Of a stretch of DNA of 64,000 bases, positions 1 to 9,470 are shown piece after piece. Positions within the stretch are counted from its first letter, which is position 1. Each line of letters starts with the position of its first letter. The notes below the pieces were generated by a model. That model did no database searches. It was not told the origin of the DNA and worked only from the letters and a program-made list of their open reading frames with translations. This stretch comes from an uncultured Acidimicrobiales bacterium. Lineage in GTDB: Bacteria; Actinomycetota; Acidimicrobiia; Acidimicrobiales; SZUA-35. The position numbers and the translations under genes are program-made. The stretch is from positions 57 through 64,056 of the forward strand of contig CAWDOA010000010.1 of NCBI GenBank assembly GCA_963803875.1, given 5' to 3'.

Positions 1-441
1 TCTCGCAAAGTTGCGTAAGTCGAGATCTTAGCCGGTAAGACGAGTCGAGAACTTCTATATAGTACCAACTCGCGGGGACCGAGCGAATTGGCACGGGCTG
101 GACGGGACCCGGAAGTAGTCTAAGTAGTGCGATAAGAGGGTAGAGTGTCACTCTCTCTAGTAGGGCTTTGTTACGGACAGGTACAGTACGACTATCTAGC
201 TTATCCTAGTGGTGTAAAGGCAAGTACGACACGATTTACGCGCTAGGAATTACCGTTAAATGTTGTACCCGTACCGGTAGGGTGTACATGTGCGCGCCTC
301 CTGCGGGTATTGCTCCTGAGCTTTGGCTCGGCTCGAAGAGGCCGTCTGCTGATAATCCGGCGCCTACTTGCTACTAGGGTCCTACTGTAGCTAGTACATG
401 TATGTAGGCCAAAGGCGGTCTTAGGGATTCGGCGCAGACGA

Positions 442-684
442 ATGAATCCAACCGATCTTCTCAAGCGCACGAAGGGCATCAAGGCCGACAGTAAGAAGTC
501 CAACGTCATCGTATGCACGCACGAGTCCGCACCGAACCCTTTTGCGGTGCCGGACCTCACCAAGGTCCCCAGAAAAAATGCGTACAAGTGCAAACTTTGT
601 TCCAGAAGCTTCCGTCGAGAGCTCAAGCTCTCGAACCACATCAAGATTCATGACACATCGAAGGTCAATGCCCATAAATCCTGA
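442..684 (+). CDS. Short ORF with one canonical C2H2 zinc finger (eukaryote-type); coding status uncertain
   Basis: 80-aa ORF. YKCKLCSRSFRRELKLSNHIKIH fits Y-x-C-x2-C-x3-F-x5-L-x2-H-x3-H exactly. It lies in the AT-richer left block. Confidence 0.35.
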   Translation: MNPTDLLKRTKGIKADSKKSNVIVCTHESAPNPFAVPDLTKVPRKNAYKCKLCSRSFRRELKLSNHIKIHDTSKVNAHKS

Positions 685-746
685 AAATTCCATATCTGTA
701 TGAACCTCCTTGATTCTACCCACTATTATATCCGCATTAAATTTAG

Positions 747-906
747 AATAGCACTGAGTGCGGGGGAGCAGCAATGGACACAATTCCTGCTCCCCCTATA
801 AGGTTGAGTGGCAAGAAAAAGATACCACATTGAAACATACTGAGTGGCAATAAAATACAATAGCACAGAGTGCCGGGGAGCAGCCATGCACTAACTCCCC
901 CTATAA
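747..906. repeat. About 112-bp tandem duplication (about 1.4 copies) with internal hairpins
   Basis: aatagcacNgagtgcNggggagcagc...ccccctataa occurs at 747-801 and 859-906. tgagtggcaa occurs at 805 and 841. Copy 1 contains a 10-bp stem, gggggagcag/ctgctccccc. Confidence 0.7.
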
Positions 907-1304
907 TTTTAAGTTCCACATTATCAATCATCCACATTGCAAACATTAGAGGGCGACCGGGCCATCTGTGCACTAGGTTACTGACTACCCAGTGCTACAT
1001 GCTACATATGTACCACCCAATTTCCTACCTCCATCCATCCTACAACAGCATAAGGGGAAACTCACCCTACCACGTGCATATGGGAACCCCCCCCTGCATG
1101 CATGACACACTCCCCACCAACAACCACTCAACACACGACACACGCAGCACTTGTATATCAGGATTCATGCGCTGCTGAAGAGGATAGTAAGAATTAGAGT
1201 ACCAGCTAGGTAGACGTTCAACTTTTTTACACACATGTAAAAACTCAATCTACTTCATTTACTTCACCATTGAATCACATTATAACTATGTACATATATT
1301 TAAT

Positions 1305-3167
1305 TTACGAAAATCGCAGCTTTGGGTCCCCGAGCAAGAATGTACACCACCAGCTATTTCTCGCCTTGTCGGCCAGACTCGCTGAGTCGGAACTACTGTT
1401 ACATGTCCCCCCAGCGCAAACCCAAGCAGCCTGCGCCGCTGAAAGATTTGCATCAATATTATCTGCATTCAATAATTCATTCTGAGTTTCCAGAATGGCC
1501 CATATTTCATCCGTCTTTTCATTTGGTACAACTTCAAAGGTACCGGCAAGCATTTCGCCCATTAGTCCTCCAATCACACCTTCCTCCTTTGATTTTTCCC
1601 ACACTGTAAACCCATTAATTACCATGAAATCGGCTTCGTCAACCAGTCCTGGTATACCCAATGCAAATTCACTATCCTCCTGAGTGCATATCCAAACTCG
1701 GTTGGACTCGTCGCCTCCCAGTGGTTGACCGACCTTGGCATCTTTGAGTTCCTCACAATTGTGCAGCCAAACCGTGGGCTTTTCTGTCTGACCCTTCAGT
1801 CCAAACTTACCCCCATATCGTTGGGGAATCGAAATAATTTCCGGCTTGACTTGGCTCTTCCTCTTGCCATCCGACGAGCCTTGTTCATTCAATTTTACGT
1901 CAATCTTGTATGCAGATGGAACATTCAAAATAACTCCAACAGTGATGTGTTCATCGTCTTGAATTATCATAATGACGGACTGAAGAAACTCTTGGTCTTC
2001 AAGTAGGAATGGCTGACCGTTCCTAGTATCGGCTGAAGAAGCCGCCCTGATGATTGTTCCAGGGCTAAGATTACCAATTCGCTCGGCACGTTCAGATATG
2101 GCACTTACTTCATCTTCCACACTCTTGGTGGCGTCGGTATTGCCATGAAACACCAGACGTTGTTTCGCCCACTCTCTGAGCATTAAGTCGTCAAAGACTC
2201 CCTCTGAACATTTCGCCTCCTCGCCCTTACCAATCACATCCATCAACATATTCCAGGTACCCAGACCTACCCTCTGAGGATCCTTGGCATCATCGGTCTT
2301 TTGTATTTCCTTTAGCAATGTCTTATCGTCCGTCTGAAGCATGTACCATGATTTACGGTTAATTTCGTCAACGAGCTGACCCGCATTCCATCCGGCATAG
2401 CCACAAAATACCAGAAAGTCCTCCGCCTTGGCATGACCATCACGGACCAGCTTCCGTGCGCCGGTCATGGTCGTCCAAGATATGTTCTTTAGGACTCGTT
2501 CGCTAACCTCCAGGGCAGCATCGGACGTTAGAGAATGGAGGCAGCATTGCTCCGGATCGGGACTATCAAAACCCCGAACCTCCCCACCGAACCAAATCTT
2601 CCACTGACTATCGGGATCGGCATCGTCGAGTGGAGTTCCGTCGGAATTGACAAAGTCATCATCGCCCAAAACAAGATCCGTGGGTCGATTCAGTACAATG
2701 CCCTTGGTGAAGGCAAGTTCCTCGTGATAGATTACGAGGACAAGACACTTGTGGAAGTACTGCTGTCGAAGACCATATCCAAAGTCTTGTTCGGGGCAGG
2801 CCAGTATGATGGATCCCTTCTCGATGGCGTCACCGGACTCGTAGGCCCATGAGCCATCTAGTAGCGTCTGATCAAAGGAGGAAGACGAGGATGAGGTGGA
2901 AGAAGAAGACGAATCATCATCCTCGTCGCGGAACTGCATCACGAGCTTGGCCCGAAAGTCTCTCCAATCTTCGGCGCCCTCATTGTTGGGGTTGTTGCTG
3001 TAGTAGCGTGTTACTACATGTTGCAAAATCGGAACAGAACTTTGATGAGATTGAGAATTGCGCGGGAAAGATGTCAGCTGGGCAGGAGCAGGAGAACGAT
3101 GGAAGCCGAAGCATTGATGAACAGCACCAGCAGAGACGAGAACACGTAGAGCAAGGTTCGGCATCAT
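1305..3167 (-). CDS. Tandem YqgE/AlgH (DUF179/UPF0301) family protein, eukaryote-like with a putative organelle-targeting presequence
   Basis: Uninterrupted 620-aa ORF. The first half has FHKCLVLVIYHEELAFTKGIVLNRPT and the family hallmark FCGYAGWNAGQLVDEINRKSWY. The second half is a degenerate copy (VIMIIQDDEHITVGVILNVP ... INGFTVWEK). The N-terminus MMPNLALRVLVSAGAVHQC/FGF looks like a signal peptide plus an F-containing cleavage motif. There is a poly-Ser/Asp linker. Confidence 0.75.
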   Translation of the reverse strand: MMPNLALRVLVSAGAVHQCFGFHRSPAPAQLTSFPRNSQSHQSSVPILQHVVTRYYSNNPNNEGAEDWRDFRAKLVMQFRDEDDDSSSSSTSSSSSSFDQTLLDGSWAYESGDAIEKGSIILACPEQDFGYGLRQQYFHKCLVLVIYHEELAFTKGIVLNRPTDLVLGDDDFVNSDGTPLDDADPDSQWKIWFGGEVRGFDSPDPEQCCLHSLTSDAALEVSERVLKNISWTTMTGARKLVRDGHAKAEDFLVFCGYAGWNAGQLVDEINRKSWYMLQTDDKTLLKEIQKTDDAKDPQRVGLGTWNMLMDVIGKGEEAKCSEGVFDDLMLREWAKQRLVFHGNTDATKSVEDEVSAISERAERIGNLSPGTIIRAASSADTRNGQPFLLEDQEFLQSVIMIIQDDEHITVGVILNVPSAYKIDVKLNEQGSSDGKRKSQVKPEIISIPQRYGGKFGLKGQTEKPTVWLHNCEELKDAKVGQPLGGDESNRVWICTQEDSEFALGIPGLVDEADFMVINGFTVWEKSKEEGVIGGLMGEMLAGTFEVVPNEKTDEIWAILETQNELLNADNIDANLSAAQAAWVCAGGTCNSSSDSASLADKARNSWWCTFLLGDPKLRFS

Positions 3168-3424
3168 CGTGGTGGTGGTTCTAGACTATTACAACTAGTA
3201 GATCTAACCAACAAGCGAAGTGGAGGTGGGACTGGAGGGTTCAACAGAACAATGCCATCGACAGCTGGCCCAGACATCGACGCGCTGTTCTGCTTTTCTT
3301 ATTATGTTGTTGGCGCGCGCAAGAAAAAGTCCGGCCAGCAGCTGACAAAGATACGCGCGGTATCTTTGAACTGATGCGAGGGGAGCTACATGACTGTACG
3401 AGTACAGCTGTGTATCAAAGGTTC

Positions 3425-3460
3425 GTGTCAGGTGTGGGTGTGGGTGTGGGGTGTATGGGG
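3425..3460. repeat. TG-rich (GGTGTG/GGGTGT)n microsatellite at the compositional junction
   Basis: The sequence reads gtgtcaggtgtgggtgtgggtgtggggtgtatgggg. It lies immediately left of the point where acetoacetyl-CoA synthetase homology ends. Confidence 0.8.
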
Positions 3461-3476
3461 ATTGTGCTGACACGAA

Positions 3477-4930
3477 GGGGATTCCAACGGGCATCGACGG
3501 GAACGGCGTGCGGCACACCAGCTCTCCCTTGACGTGGAGTTCCTGGACAGGCACTCCGTCGGAGTCGAAGATGTCGATGTCCATGCCCAGGCATTTGCCC
3601 TGGAGCTCTCCGGCGTACACCGATTTGGTCGGATCGCAGCCGACCAGGCAGCCGCACAGGTCGGTGCCACCGCTCACCGATGCCAGATGGATGTCGTCAG
3701 CAAGGGCGTCGTACACCCACCCGAAGGCCTCGCTGCTCAGCGGCGAACCGGTCGAGCAGAGCGTACGCATCGATGTGAGATCGAACGTCGACCCCGGCCT
3801 CAGTTCGGTCTTGAGGCACCCGTCGATGAACTTGGCGGACACGCCGAACAACGTGAAGCGGTGCCGTTCGGCCTCCTCGAACAGCCGAGCCGGCGTGGGG
3901 AAGGCCGGGTTGCCGTCGTAGAGCACGATCGTCGCCCCCGACGCAAGGTTCCACACCAGCCAGTTCCACATCATCCAACCGCAGGTCGTGAAGTAGAAGA
4001 CGGTGTCACCGGCCTTGACGTCGCAGTGGAGTTGCTGCTCGCTGAGGTGTTTGAGCAGCACCCCACCGGTCCGGTGGACGATGCATTTCGGCTTCCCGGT
4101 GGTCCCGGACGAGTAGAGGATGTAGAGCGGGTGATCGGTGGGAAGCTGTTCGAACACGAGCTCGGTGCATCGGAATCATCCACGGCCTGGTTCCAGAGGC
4201 GCACGGTGGCGGTGCTCGCCCGGATCGGTCCGACCGTCTCGGGTGGTCCGTCCACGATCAGCAGGTGCTCGACGCTGGGCAGCCGTCCGGCGATCTCCGC
4301 CAGGCGGTCCCGCAGATCGAAGGTCTTGCCGGCGTACGATACCCGGTGGCGGCCAGGAGCACCTTGGGTTCGGTCTGCCCGAATCGGTCCACCACGCCGT
4401 CGGCGCCGAAGTCAGCGGAGGTGGAGGTGAAGACGGCCCCGATCGACGCGGCCGCCAGGAAGAGGATCACGGTCTCGGGTACATGAGGCATCCACGCCGC
4501 CACCCGGTCGCCCCGGCCGACCCCGACCGACCGAGCCATGCGCGACCGACCGCGGTGTCGGACCGGAGACGGTCCCATGTCCATGGGACCGTCGTGCCGT
4601 CCTCACCGATGGCGATGATCGCATGGCCACCGACGTCGTGCCGGTCGGCCAGGAGGTTCTCGGCCATGTTGAGCCGGGCGTCGGGGAGGAACCGCCAGCG
4701 CCAGAACTCCTCGGCCTCCTCGACACACGGGCGCCCGGGTCCCCGGACATCGCAGTAGTCCCACACCGCCGTCCAGAACGGTCCCGGGTTCTGCACCGAC
4801 CACGCCCACAGCTCGTCGCTGTTCTCCGCCGACGGGCGGACCGTGCGGCGAAATCGATCCATGTGGGAGTTGACCACCCGGTCGGCGGTTGGTCGCCACA
4901 GGAGTTCGGACAGCTCTGTCGATGTGGCAT
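3477..4930 (-). pseudogene. Acetoacetyl-CoA synthetase, 3'-truncated at the junction and frameshifted (at least 3 shifts)
   Basis: The fragments stitch together as LWRPTADRVVNSHMDRF...FWTAVWDYCDV, then VAAWMPHVPETVILFLAAASIGAVFTSTSADFG, then LYILYSSGTTGKPKCIVH...GELVCRTPFPSMPVG. The AMP-binding motif is YSSGTTGKPK. Homology stops after PSMPVG at about 3483. Confidence 0.85.
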
Positions 4931-4964
4931 GGGGACGCCGGTTCTTTCTTCTCTGGCTGCTCGG

Positions 4965-5730
4965 TCAGACCAGCTCCACGTCGGAGATCTCCGACCTCAG
5001 CACCTCGAGGGCGGCCGGGTCAAGCTCAGCGTCGACGATCAGGGAATCGGCCGCCGACAGCGGGCAGATCGTGCTCAGACCCGGTGACGCCGTACTTGGT
5101 GTGGTCGGCCACGACCACGAGTTCTGCCGCTCCCCGGATGAACGCCCGATTGGTTTCGGCCTCGAGCAGGTTCGGCGTGGTGAAGCCGGCCCGCTCGGTC
5201 ATCCCGTGCACGCCCATGAAGAGCACGTCGATGTGCAGCGAGGACAGCGCTCGACACCGCCACCGGTCCGACCAGCGCATCCGATGGCGTGCGGACACCC
5301 CCGGTGAGGACGACGTCGAGGGTGGGCGATGCACTGGGGTACAGGACCTCGGCCACCGAGATCGAGTTGGTCACGACGGTGAGCGGCCGGACATCGAGCA
5401 TCTTGGCCAGCATCCAGGTGGTCGTTCCGGCGGTGAGCCCGACCGAACTCCCGGGCCGGACCCGTGCCGCTGCTCGAGGAGCGATCGCTTCCTTGAGGTC
5501 GGTCTGCAGCGTGCGCTTCACATCGAAGCCGGGTTCTTCGGCGGTGGGCCGCTCGACCAGCGCGGCACCGCCGTGGAACTTCTCCACCAGCCCGGACCGT
5601 TGCAGACCCTCGAGATCACGACGGATCGTCATCTCCGACACCCCGAGCGGCTGGCAAGGCATGACACCCTCACCATCCCCTCGGGGCGGAGGATCTTCAC
5701 GATTTCGTCATGCCGTCGACGAGCGAGCAT
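4965..5730 (-). pseudogene. DeoR-family transcriptional regulator, frameshifted (at least 2-3 shifts)
   Basis: The N-terminal HTH (RRRHDEIVKILRPEG ... LGVSEMTIRRDLEGLQRSGLVEKFHGGA) and the C-terminal sugar-binding part (DVLFMGVHGM...VVVADHTKYG...PLSAADSLIVDAELD) lie in different frames. Confidence 0.8.
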
Positions 5731-6090
5731 CAGGCGACCCTTCGGTGACCGACGGGTGCAAAATCGCACATGACCTCGGCCGGATCGCACACCGGCGACG
5801 GCCCCGGACCGAAAAGACCGGAACGCGGGATTTGGGGACCGTTCGGTTGGCCCATGATTCGAACATATTCGCACACCGCGATGGTAGTGCACGCACGACG
5901 GTTCTGCAGGGATCTGTCCGGACGTGAAATCGGCAATAGCACGAATAGAGGGCTTTGGTCCCCATCGAATGACTTGACTCCACCGTCCGAATCTGAAAGA
6001 TTCTGTGGGATTGCCCGCACGGTGCGGGACAGTCGAGACGGTTCTCGACGGCAACAACAGCGCCACGGCGCTGAGAGATCAGGGGAGAAT

Positions 6091-7442
6091 ATGTCTGAGG
6101 AAACTCGACAGTCACCAAGTCCCAGCGAGGTCGGCTTCACCGTCGACAGGCGCAACGTCCTCAAAGGGGCTGCCGCCGTCAGCGGCGTCGCCGCTTTCGG
6201 TGGCTTGCTCGCTGCGTGCGGCAGCGACGACAGCGAGCACCGCCAGCGACGGCGATTCCGGCGATGGCGGAACCGCCGCCGCCTCGGGCACGCTCCGGGT
6301 CGGCTCCAACTACGACAACGCAAAGCCCAACGAAGCGCTAAAGGCGGCGCTCGATACGCTTCCCCAACAAGGCCATCACGATCGAGCTGAACGAGGTGGA
6401 CCACAACACCTACGAGCAACAGATCGTCGGCTACATGCAGGACCCACCGGACGACGTGGCACCCTGGTTCGCTTCGTTCCGCCTGCAGCCGCTGGCTGCG
6501 CCCGGCCTGCTGATGGACATCAGCGACGTCTGGACCGAGAAACTCGACAGCCAGCTCTCGTCGGGCTTCAAGGATGCCGCAAGCTACGACGGCAAGCAGT
6601 ACGCCGTGCCGTGGACCTTCTACAGCTGGGCCATTCACTACCGCAAGAGCGTGTGGGAAGAACTCGGTGCCACCCCGCCGGAGACCTTCGAGGAGCTCCT
6701 GGAGTTGTGCGAGACGTTGCAGGCTGCGGGAGTCACCCCTTTCGCCTTGGGTAATGACGGCTTCTGGCCAGCCCAGGGGACGTTCGACCAGTTGAACTTC
6801 CGCTTGAACGGCTACCAATATCACATCGATCTGATTCAAGGGAGGGAAAGCTGGACCGACGACCGTACCAAGGAAGTGTTCGCCCGGTGGGCCCAGCTCC
6901 TCCCCTACCACCAGCCCGACCCGAATGGCAGGAAGTGGGAGGATGCCGCTGCTGCGGTCAACAACGGCGAGGCCGCGATGATGACTATCGGCAACTTCTT
7001 CAACGAGGTGACCGCGCCTGAGGATGTGGACGACGTGGACTTCTTCCCGTTCCCCGTCCTCAACCCCGAACACGGTCAGGACACCGTCGAAGCACCGATC
7101 GACGTCTGGGTTGTTGTCGCCAACCCCGAGAACGAGGCGGCAGCCAAGGAAGTCATCGCCCATTTCGGAAGCAAGGAGGCCCAGGAAGCCTTCCTGACGG
7201 TCAATCCTGGGCTGCAGGCGACTAACAATGATTTCGACACCAGCTCCTACAGCGCCATGACGGCCAAGTCTGCCGCCATGGTGCAAGGCGCAGCTCACGT
7301 GACGCAGTTTCTGAACCGCGACACTCTGCCGGCTTTCGCCGACGAGTGCGGCCAGGCGTTCGCCGACTTCATTTCCGACCCGTCCAACATCGACTCGATT
7401 CTGGACGATCTGCAGGGCAAAGCCGAAGCGCTTCTGTCGTGA
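6091..7442 (+). pseudogene. ABC sugar transporter substrate-binding lipoprotein, two frameshifts near the 5' end
   Basis: ATG at 6091 follows aggggag. The Tat/lipoprotein-like signal is RRNVLKGAAAVSGVAAFGGLLAACGSDD. The frame changes at about 6235 and about 6370. After that comes an intact 348-aa family-1 SBP-like body (YDGKQYAVPW...). Confidence 0.8.
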
Positions 7443-7643
7443 CGAAGCTCACGCCGTGACTTTGTGGGTCCACCGTAGGTGGGCCCCACACACTCGGCCA
7501 GAGCACAAAGGGGAATGATGTGACGACGGCGACGCCGCCATCAACCGAAGAAACCAGCCCAACCGTCAGCGACGAGTACGGAAGCACCTCGGCAGCGTCG
7601 AAAGTCGCAGTTCTCGGGGAAGGATCGCCGGGTCTTCCTGGCC

Positions 7644-8525
7644 ATGCTCCTGATCCCGACGACGATCCACGTTCTGATCGTCTGGATCCCGACGATCCTG
7701 TCGATCGGGCTGTCGTTGACGAAGTGGAACGGCATCCGGTTCGAGGATCTGAGCTGGGTCGGCCTCCAGAACTACGACCAGATCATCCTGGGGGCGTTCC
7801 AGCGGGACTTCTTCCAGGCGGTGCTGAACAACCTGTGGTTGTTGCTGTTCCTGTTCTTCGGGCCGACGGCGCTGGGCATGTTCCTCGCCTACCTGCTCGA
7901 CAAGAACCTGAGGGGCACCCGGATCTACCAGAGCGTGTTCTACACCCCGGTCGTCCTGTCACTTGCCGTCGTCGGGTTCATCTGGCAGAACATCATGTAC
8001 AACCAGGATCACGGCCTGGCCACCTGGGCCTTCGGGGGCGGCGAATCGGTCGACTGGCTCGGCAACCAAGAGTTCCTGTTCGAGTTCGGTGGCTACGGTC
8101 TGTCCAAGAACTTCATCGCCATCCTCGTCGCCATGGCCTGGCGCCACAGCGGCTACATCATGGTGCTGTACCTGGCCGGGATGAAGAGTGTGGACGCCTC
8201 CCTCCGGGAATCGGCGTCGCTGGACGGTTGCAACGAGTGGCAGACCTTCCGTTTCGTCCTGTTCCCCACCCTCAAGCCGATCAACGTGATCGTCGTGGTC
8301 ATCACGGTGATCGAGGCCCTGCGGGCATTCGACATCGTGTACGTGCTCAACACCCCCCGCAACACCGAGCTGCTCTCGATCCTGACCACCAACAACCTCA
8401 TCGGTGAGGGGGCCGACAACATCGGCAGAGGATCCGCCTACGCCACGATGCTCTTCGTACTCTGCTTCGGCTTCGTGCTCTGGTACGTCACCAACCACTA
8501 CCGCAACCAGGAGAGCTCGGTATGA
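7644..8525 (+). CDS. ABC sugar transporter permease (MalF/UgpA-like)
   Basis: 293-aa multi-TM ORF. Upstream and in frame, RQRRKSQFSGKDRRVFLA has no start codon. The true start is therefore probably the GTG at 7520 in another frame, which implies one frameshift. Confidence 0.8.
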   Translation: MLLIPTTIHVLIVWIPTILSIGLSLTKWNGIRFEDLSWVGLQNYDQIILGAFQRDFFQAVLNNLWLLLFLFFGPTALGMFLAYLLDKNLRGTRIYQSVFYTPVVLSLAVVGFIWQNIMYNQDHGLATWAFGGGESVDWLGNQEFLFEFGGYGLSKNFIAILVAMAWRHSGYIMVLYLAGMKSVDASLRESASLDGCNEWQTFRFVLFPTLKPINVIVVVITVIEALRAFDIVYVLNTPRNTELLSILTTNNLIGEGADNIGRGSAYATMLFVLCFGFVLWYVTNHYRNQESSV

Positions 8526-9454
8526 CCGATCTCGCCGATACCAAACCGGTGGCCGCCGCCCCGCCTTCGACCGGCCCCCAGTTCATACCTCGCAAGGCGC
8601 CGTTGCGCCCGGCCCGGGTTGTCCTCCACGTCTTCCTCATCCTGCTCGGCATCCTCTGGCTGACCCCCCTCGTCGTCTCCCTCTACGCGTCGTTCCGGCC
8701 CTTCAGCGAGACACTCAACAAGGGATTTCTGTCGCTGCCGGACAAGCTCAGCCTCGAGAACTACCGGTCGGCCCTCGACCAGGGCGACTTCATCGACAAG
8801 TACTGGAACACAGCGCTGATCCTGATCCCGTCCCTGCTGCTCACGCTGTTCCTGGCGTCGATGATCGCCTTTGTCGCCAGCCGGTACTCCTGGCGACTCA
8901 ACATCTTCTTCCTGGTGCTGTTCACCGCCGGCAACCTGCTGCCGCCTCAGATCATGGTGGCCCCGCTGTTCCAGGCATTCCGGCGCATTCCGCTGCCCGA
9001 CTTCATGTCCAACTCGGGCAATTTGAACGGATCCACCTGGGCGATCATCCTGCTGCACGTCGGCTTCCAGATGGGTTTCTGCACCTTCGTGCTCAGCAAC
9101 TACATGAAGCTACTCCCCAAGGAGCTCAACGAAGCTGCCATGGTGGACGGCGCCAGTCTGTGGACCACCTACTCCAGGATCGTGATGCCCCTCACCCGCC
9201 CGGCGCTGGCGGCGCTGGCCACGCTCGAGTTCGCCTGGATCTACAACGACTTCTTCTGGGCGGTCATCTTCGAACAGCGCGGCGACGACCGTCCGATCAC
9301 CTCGGCCCTGGCCAACCTCGGCGGCCAGTTCGTGACCGACACCAACGTGGTGGCGGCAGCATCGATCTTCGTCATCATCCCGGTGATGATCGTGTACTTC
9401 GCCCTCCAGAAACACTTCATCGCCGGGCTCACGCTCGGCGCCACCAAGGGCTGA
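8522..9454 (+). CDS. ABC sugar transporter permease (MalG/UgpE-like)
   Basis: 310-aa multi-TM ORF. Its ATGA start overlaps the stop of the upstream permease. An EAA-like loop reads NEAAMVDGASLWTTYSRIVMPLTRPAL. Confidence 0.85.
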   Translation: MTDLADTKPVAAAPPSTGPQFIPRKAPLRPARVVLHVFLILLGILWLTPLVVSLYASFRPFSETLNKGFLSLPDKLSLENYRSALDQGDFIDKYWNTALILIPSLLLTLFLASMIAFVASRYSWRLNIFFLVLFTAGNLLPPQIMVAPLFQAFRRIPLPDFMSNSGNLNGSTWAIILLHVGFQMGFCTFVLSNYMKLLPKELNEAAMVDGASLWTTYSRIVMPLTRPALAALATLEFAWIYNDFFWAVIFEQRGDDRPITSALANLGGQFVTDTNVVAAASIFVIIPVMIVYFALQKHFIAGLTLGATKG

Positions 9455-9470
9455 TCACCCGCTTGCAGGG

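Noticed and set aside
243-1178. Several 70-130-aa ORFs on both strands in the left block (243-644, 421-783, 743-973, 870-1178).
   Set aside because: They overlap one another, are low in complexity and have no motifs. Only the C2H2-containing frame has any recognisable feature.
3425-3460. Reading the TG-rich repeat as a bona fide telomere.
   Set aside because: It is only about 35 nt long, is internal to the window and has an irregular sequence. The diatom-type telomere repeat I would expect for the left block (TTAGGG) is absent. I report it only as a low-complexity junction.
5730-7298. 522-aa minus-strand ORF. There are similar long ORFs at 53183-54700 (+), 56699-57901 (+), 48242-49318 (-), 51471-52655 (+) and 30919-31821 (-).
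   Set aside because: These are shadow ORFs antisense to, or out of frame with, genes that carry clear family motifs. Their translations are Arg/Gly/Pro/Ser-rich, as is typical of high-GC DNA, and they contain no recognisable motifs.
9241-9470. The C-terminal about 75 aa of the listed 462-aa alpha-galactosidase ORF overlap the permease gene.
   Set aside because: This is read-through in a shifted frame, antisense to the well-supported permease. The true GH36 end is probably the TAA at about 9471 in a neighbouring frame.
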